Notes under the pieces: model-generated
The model's input: the letters and a program-made list of their open reading frames with translations, nothing else
The model's database searches: none
Told to the model about the DNA's origin: nothing
Source: Octopus bimaculoides
Taxonomy: Eukaryota
Direction of reading: 5' to 3'
Length of the DNA stretch: 47,726 bases
Assembly: GCF_001194135.2 (NCBI RefSeq)
Contig: NC_068987.1
Coordinates: 103,983,562-104,031,287 of the forward strand
Made by a program: the position numbers and the translations under genes
In this document: piece after piece, positions 46,860 to 47,726 of the stretch
Position numbering within the stretch: position 1 is the first letter of the stretch
How the letters are laid out: every line of letters starts with the position of its first letter

Positions 46860-47670
46860 CAGGGTGCGATGGGTAGACTGTCGCCCTTCTATATTTTTAA
46901 TTACGCGCATGCATAGTTTTATTTGATTTCGTCGACTACACAGTGTGGTAGGGTTTTAGTTGGGCACCGTCTGTGAGAAAAACAACACTATGGCGCAATT
47001 CACTCTGCCAGAAATTTGGAAACGACATGCTGTACTGCTTGGCATTCGCGCCGGAAGTTCCAATATGAATATTTTAGAGTGTTTGGGCATCAATCTGAGA
47101 ACAGTGCAATCTGAGGACATGTACCGAGAATGATAAAAATCAAACATCCAGTCAACATGAAGGTGTTTGGAGTGATCACTAGTGATGGCAAAGTTATACC
47201 TCCATTCATCTTCCCACACGACATCACAACACTAAGGCCTTCATCAAGTGCCTGGGGAAGGTAGTGCTGCCCTGGGTCAAGAGGGTGGCTGCTGGAAGAC
47301 CCTATGTCTGGCAACAGGGCTCTGCACCATGCCACACGAGCAAGAGAACCCAGTCATGGCTGTCAAATAATTTCTGCGACCACATCAATCCTAACATCTG
47401 GCCACCTAACTCCCCAGACTGCAACCCCTTTGATTATTATGCGTAGGGCGCAGTTGAGCGAAAAAAGACAAAAAAAAAAAAAACTTCTTGTAACACCAAA
47501 GATGAACTGGAGACAAGGATTATGGCAGCATCCACCAACTTAAACAGAAGAATTGCAGGAGATTCCGAAGTCGTCTGGAGGCCGTGGTTGAAGCCAATGG
47601 CCATTTTATTGAATAAATTTACTCTTTAGTATTTCAAGATATTTTTATGTAATTTTGGTAAATATGTAGT
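46860..47670 (+). mobile_element. maT (DD37D) Tc1/mariner transposon relic
   Basis: TA-CAGGGTG terminus; WQQGSAPCH...WPPNSPDCNPFDY with 37 residues between the second catalytic position (D mutated to G) and the third D; internal deletion and stops. Confidence 0.85.
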
Positions 47671-47726
47671 GGTTAAATGTGTATCATGGTAAACAGATGC
47701 AAAAGGAATGTGTATGCCTTTGAAGT

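Overview
AT-rich, repeat-dense eukaryotic DNA with six N-gaps (1283-1292, 20111-20597, 33793-34253, 37149-37222, 39587-39596, 43722-43859). Clustered C2H2-only zinc-finger genes plus these SINE/RTE/mariner types suggest an octopus or other coleoid genome (inference). The window holds two tandem minus-strand paralogous C2H2 zinc-finger genes: ZNF-A (CDS 11452-13374, 22 finger repeats) and ZNF-B (CDS 25914-27599, 19 fingers). Each has one coding exon. Paralog comparison also points to a distant non-coding first exon, a short upstream ORF, an approximately 3 kb 3'UTR and an identical 36-nt poly(A) block. The rest is layered transposon debris: tRNA-SINEs, RTE, RTE-BovB, CR1, Hero and R4/Dong LINE fragments, mariner/maT relics and piggyBac/hAT/pogo/Merlin-like MITEs. 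Top observation: the ZNF-A intron carries Penelope-type minimal type I hammerhead ribozyme motifs. Two are core-intact and antisense to the gene (14333-14451, 15239-15311). The one sense-oriented copy has core mutations and a retroposon inserted next to its cleavage triplet. Also notable are a telomere-repeat-filled foldback MITE with an 8-bp TSD and a near-identical inverted RTE pair bracketing the ZNF-B coding region. All alignments and foldings were done by eye; no database searches were run.
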